Source: Neoechinorhynchus agilis (lineage: Eukaryota > Animalia > Acanthocephala). Taken from it: 64,000 nt of DNA. The number at the start of each line of letters is the position of its first letter. Within the stretch, counting starts at the first letter, position 1. The position numbers and the translations under genes were made by a program. This document shows, one piece after another, positions 63,328 through 64,000 of this stretch. The notes below the pieces were generated by a model, which ran no database searches, was not told the origin of the DNA, and saw nothing but the letters and a program-made list of their open reading frames with translations. Where the stretch lies: the NCBI GenBank assembly GCA_051530055.1, contig CM121341.1, positions 15,044,784 through 15,108,783 of the forward strand, read 5' to 3'.

Positions 63328-64000
63328 ACGATTTGAACGCAAAAGTCCTAAAGACATTAGAATTCGATTTGTAATGCCCGATTTTGCGAGCGTGAACACG
63401 AAAACCTAATGCAACCAGCGAAGTTAAACGGGCATTTAATATTTGTTTTATGGCGAAATCTCGTGCCTACACTTACAAGCAACCTTGATAAAAGCACGAG
63501 ATTGTGCCGAAATATCAGCTTTAATGAAATCCTTTTAATTTTTCGGCCATCTATCGAATTATATATCGGTTGTGTGTGCGATTATCACTTACACCAGCAA
63601 TTTTCAATCTTGGGATCATGATTAAAAATGGTGTATAGCAGTTTTCGACAGCATTTTTCTGTACTCCGTAAATCTCACTACACTATTACAAGCATTATAA
63701 ACATCGTAATATTACTATGTAAAGCACTGCCCACCCTCAGCCGAATTGGCTGGTTCAGAACAAAACATGTCATTGATGCTTCCATCCTTCTCTCTTTTGC
63801 CGTCATCACCAAAGAACTCGGACAAGTGATACCGCTGACATTCTGTCCTCGGGAAGGCCGATCAACTATTCTGTTTCTTTTATAACTTTTTGTTCTATGA
63901 GCTTGAACATTCAAATTAATTGTACTAAGAACAGGAATTACATTTTTTGCAACGCGAATTCCTCAACAAACACCCGACGATCAAAAGATGGCGTCGTTAT

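Noticed and set aside
1-64000. Prokaryotic systems (CRISPR arrays, operonic defence systems)
   Set aside because: Spliceosomal introns and eukaryotic genes throughout; no repeat-spacer array seen.

Overview
This is eukaryotic, very probably animal, nuclear DNA. It is AT-rich, uses the standard genetic code and has many short (~35-70 nt) GT-AG introns. Host genes: a large multi-exon beta-type outer-arm axonemal dynein heavy chain (minus strand, 15198 to off the left edge), a small secreted cystatin-like ORF, NMD3, USP8-like, a multi-Tudor protein, a disrupted alpha-1,4-glycosyltransferase, an RRM-like gene with two paralogous copies, CCDC117-like, SRP9, WRAP53/TCAB1 and a coiled-coil ORF. Between them are decayed retroelements: Ty3/gypsy (one is a complete 1-kb CsRn1-like mini-element with LTRs, PBS, PPT and TSD), CR1/Jockey-like, RTE, Penelope and three CRE-like copies, plus several long palindromes. 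The main observation is a set of intervening sequences in NMD3 (1), USP8 (2) and possibly WRAP53 (1). By-eye protein alignment says they must be removed, they have no or only poor GT-AG solutions, and their ends are complementary (terminal hairpins, several with G-U pairs on the sense strand). This suggests a structure-defined class of non-canonical introns beside ordinary spliceosomal introns. AG acceptors just before several start codons, and tight gene spacing, also suggest SL trans-splicing and operons. All homology calls were made by eye from remembered family motifs; no searches were run.
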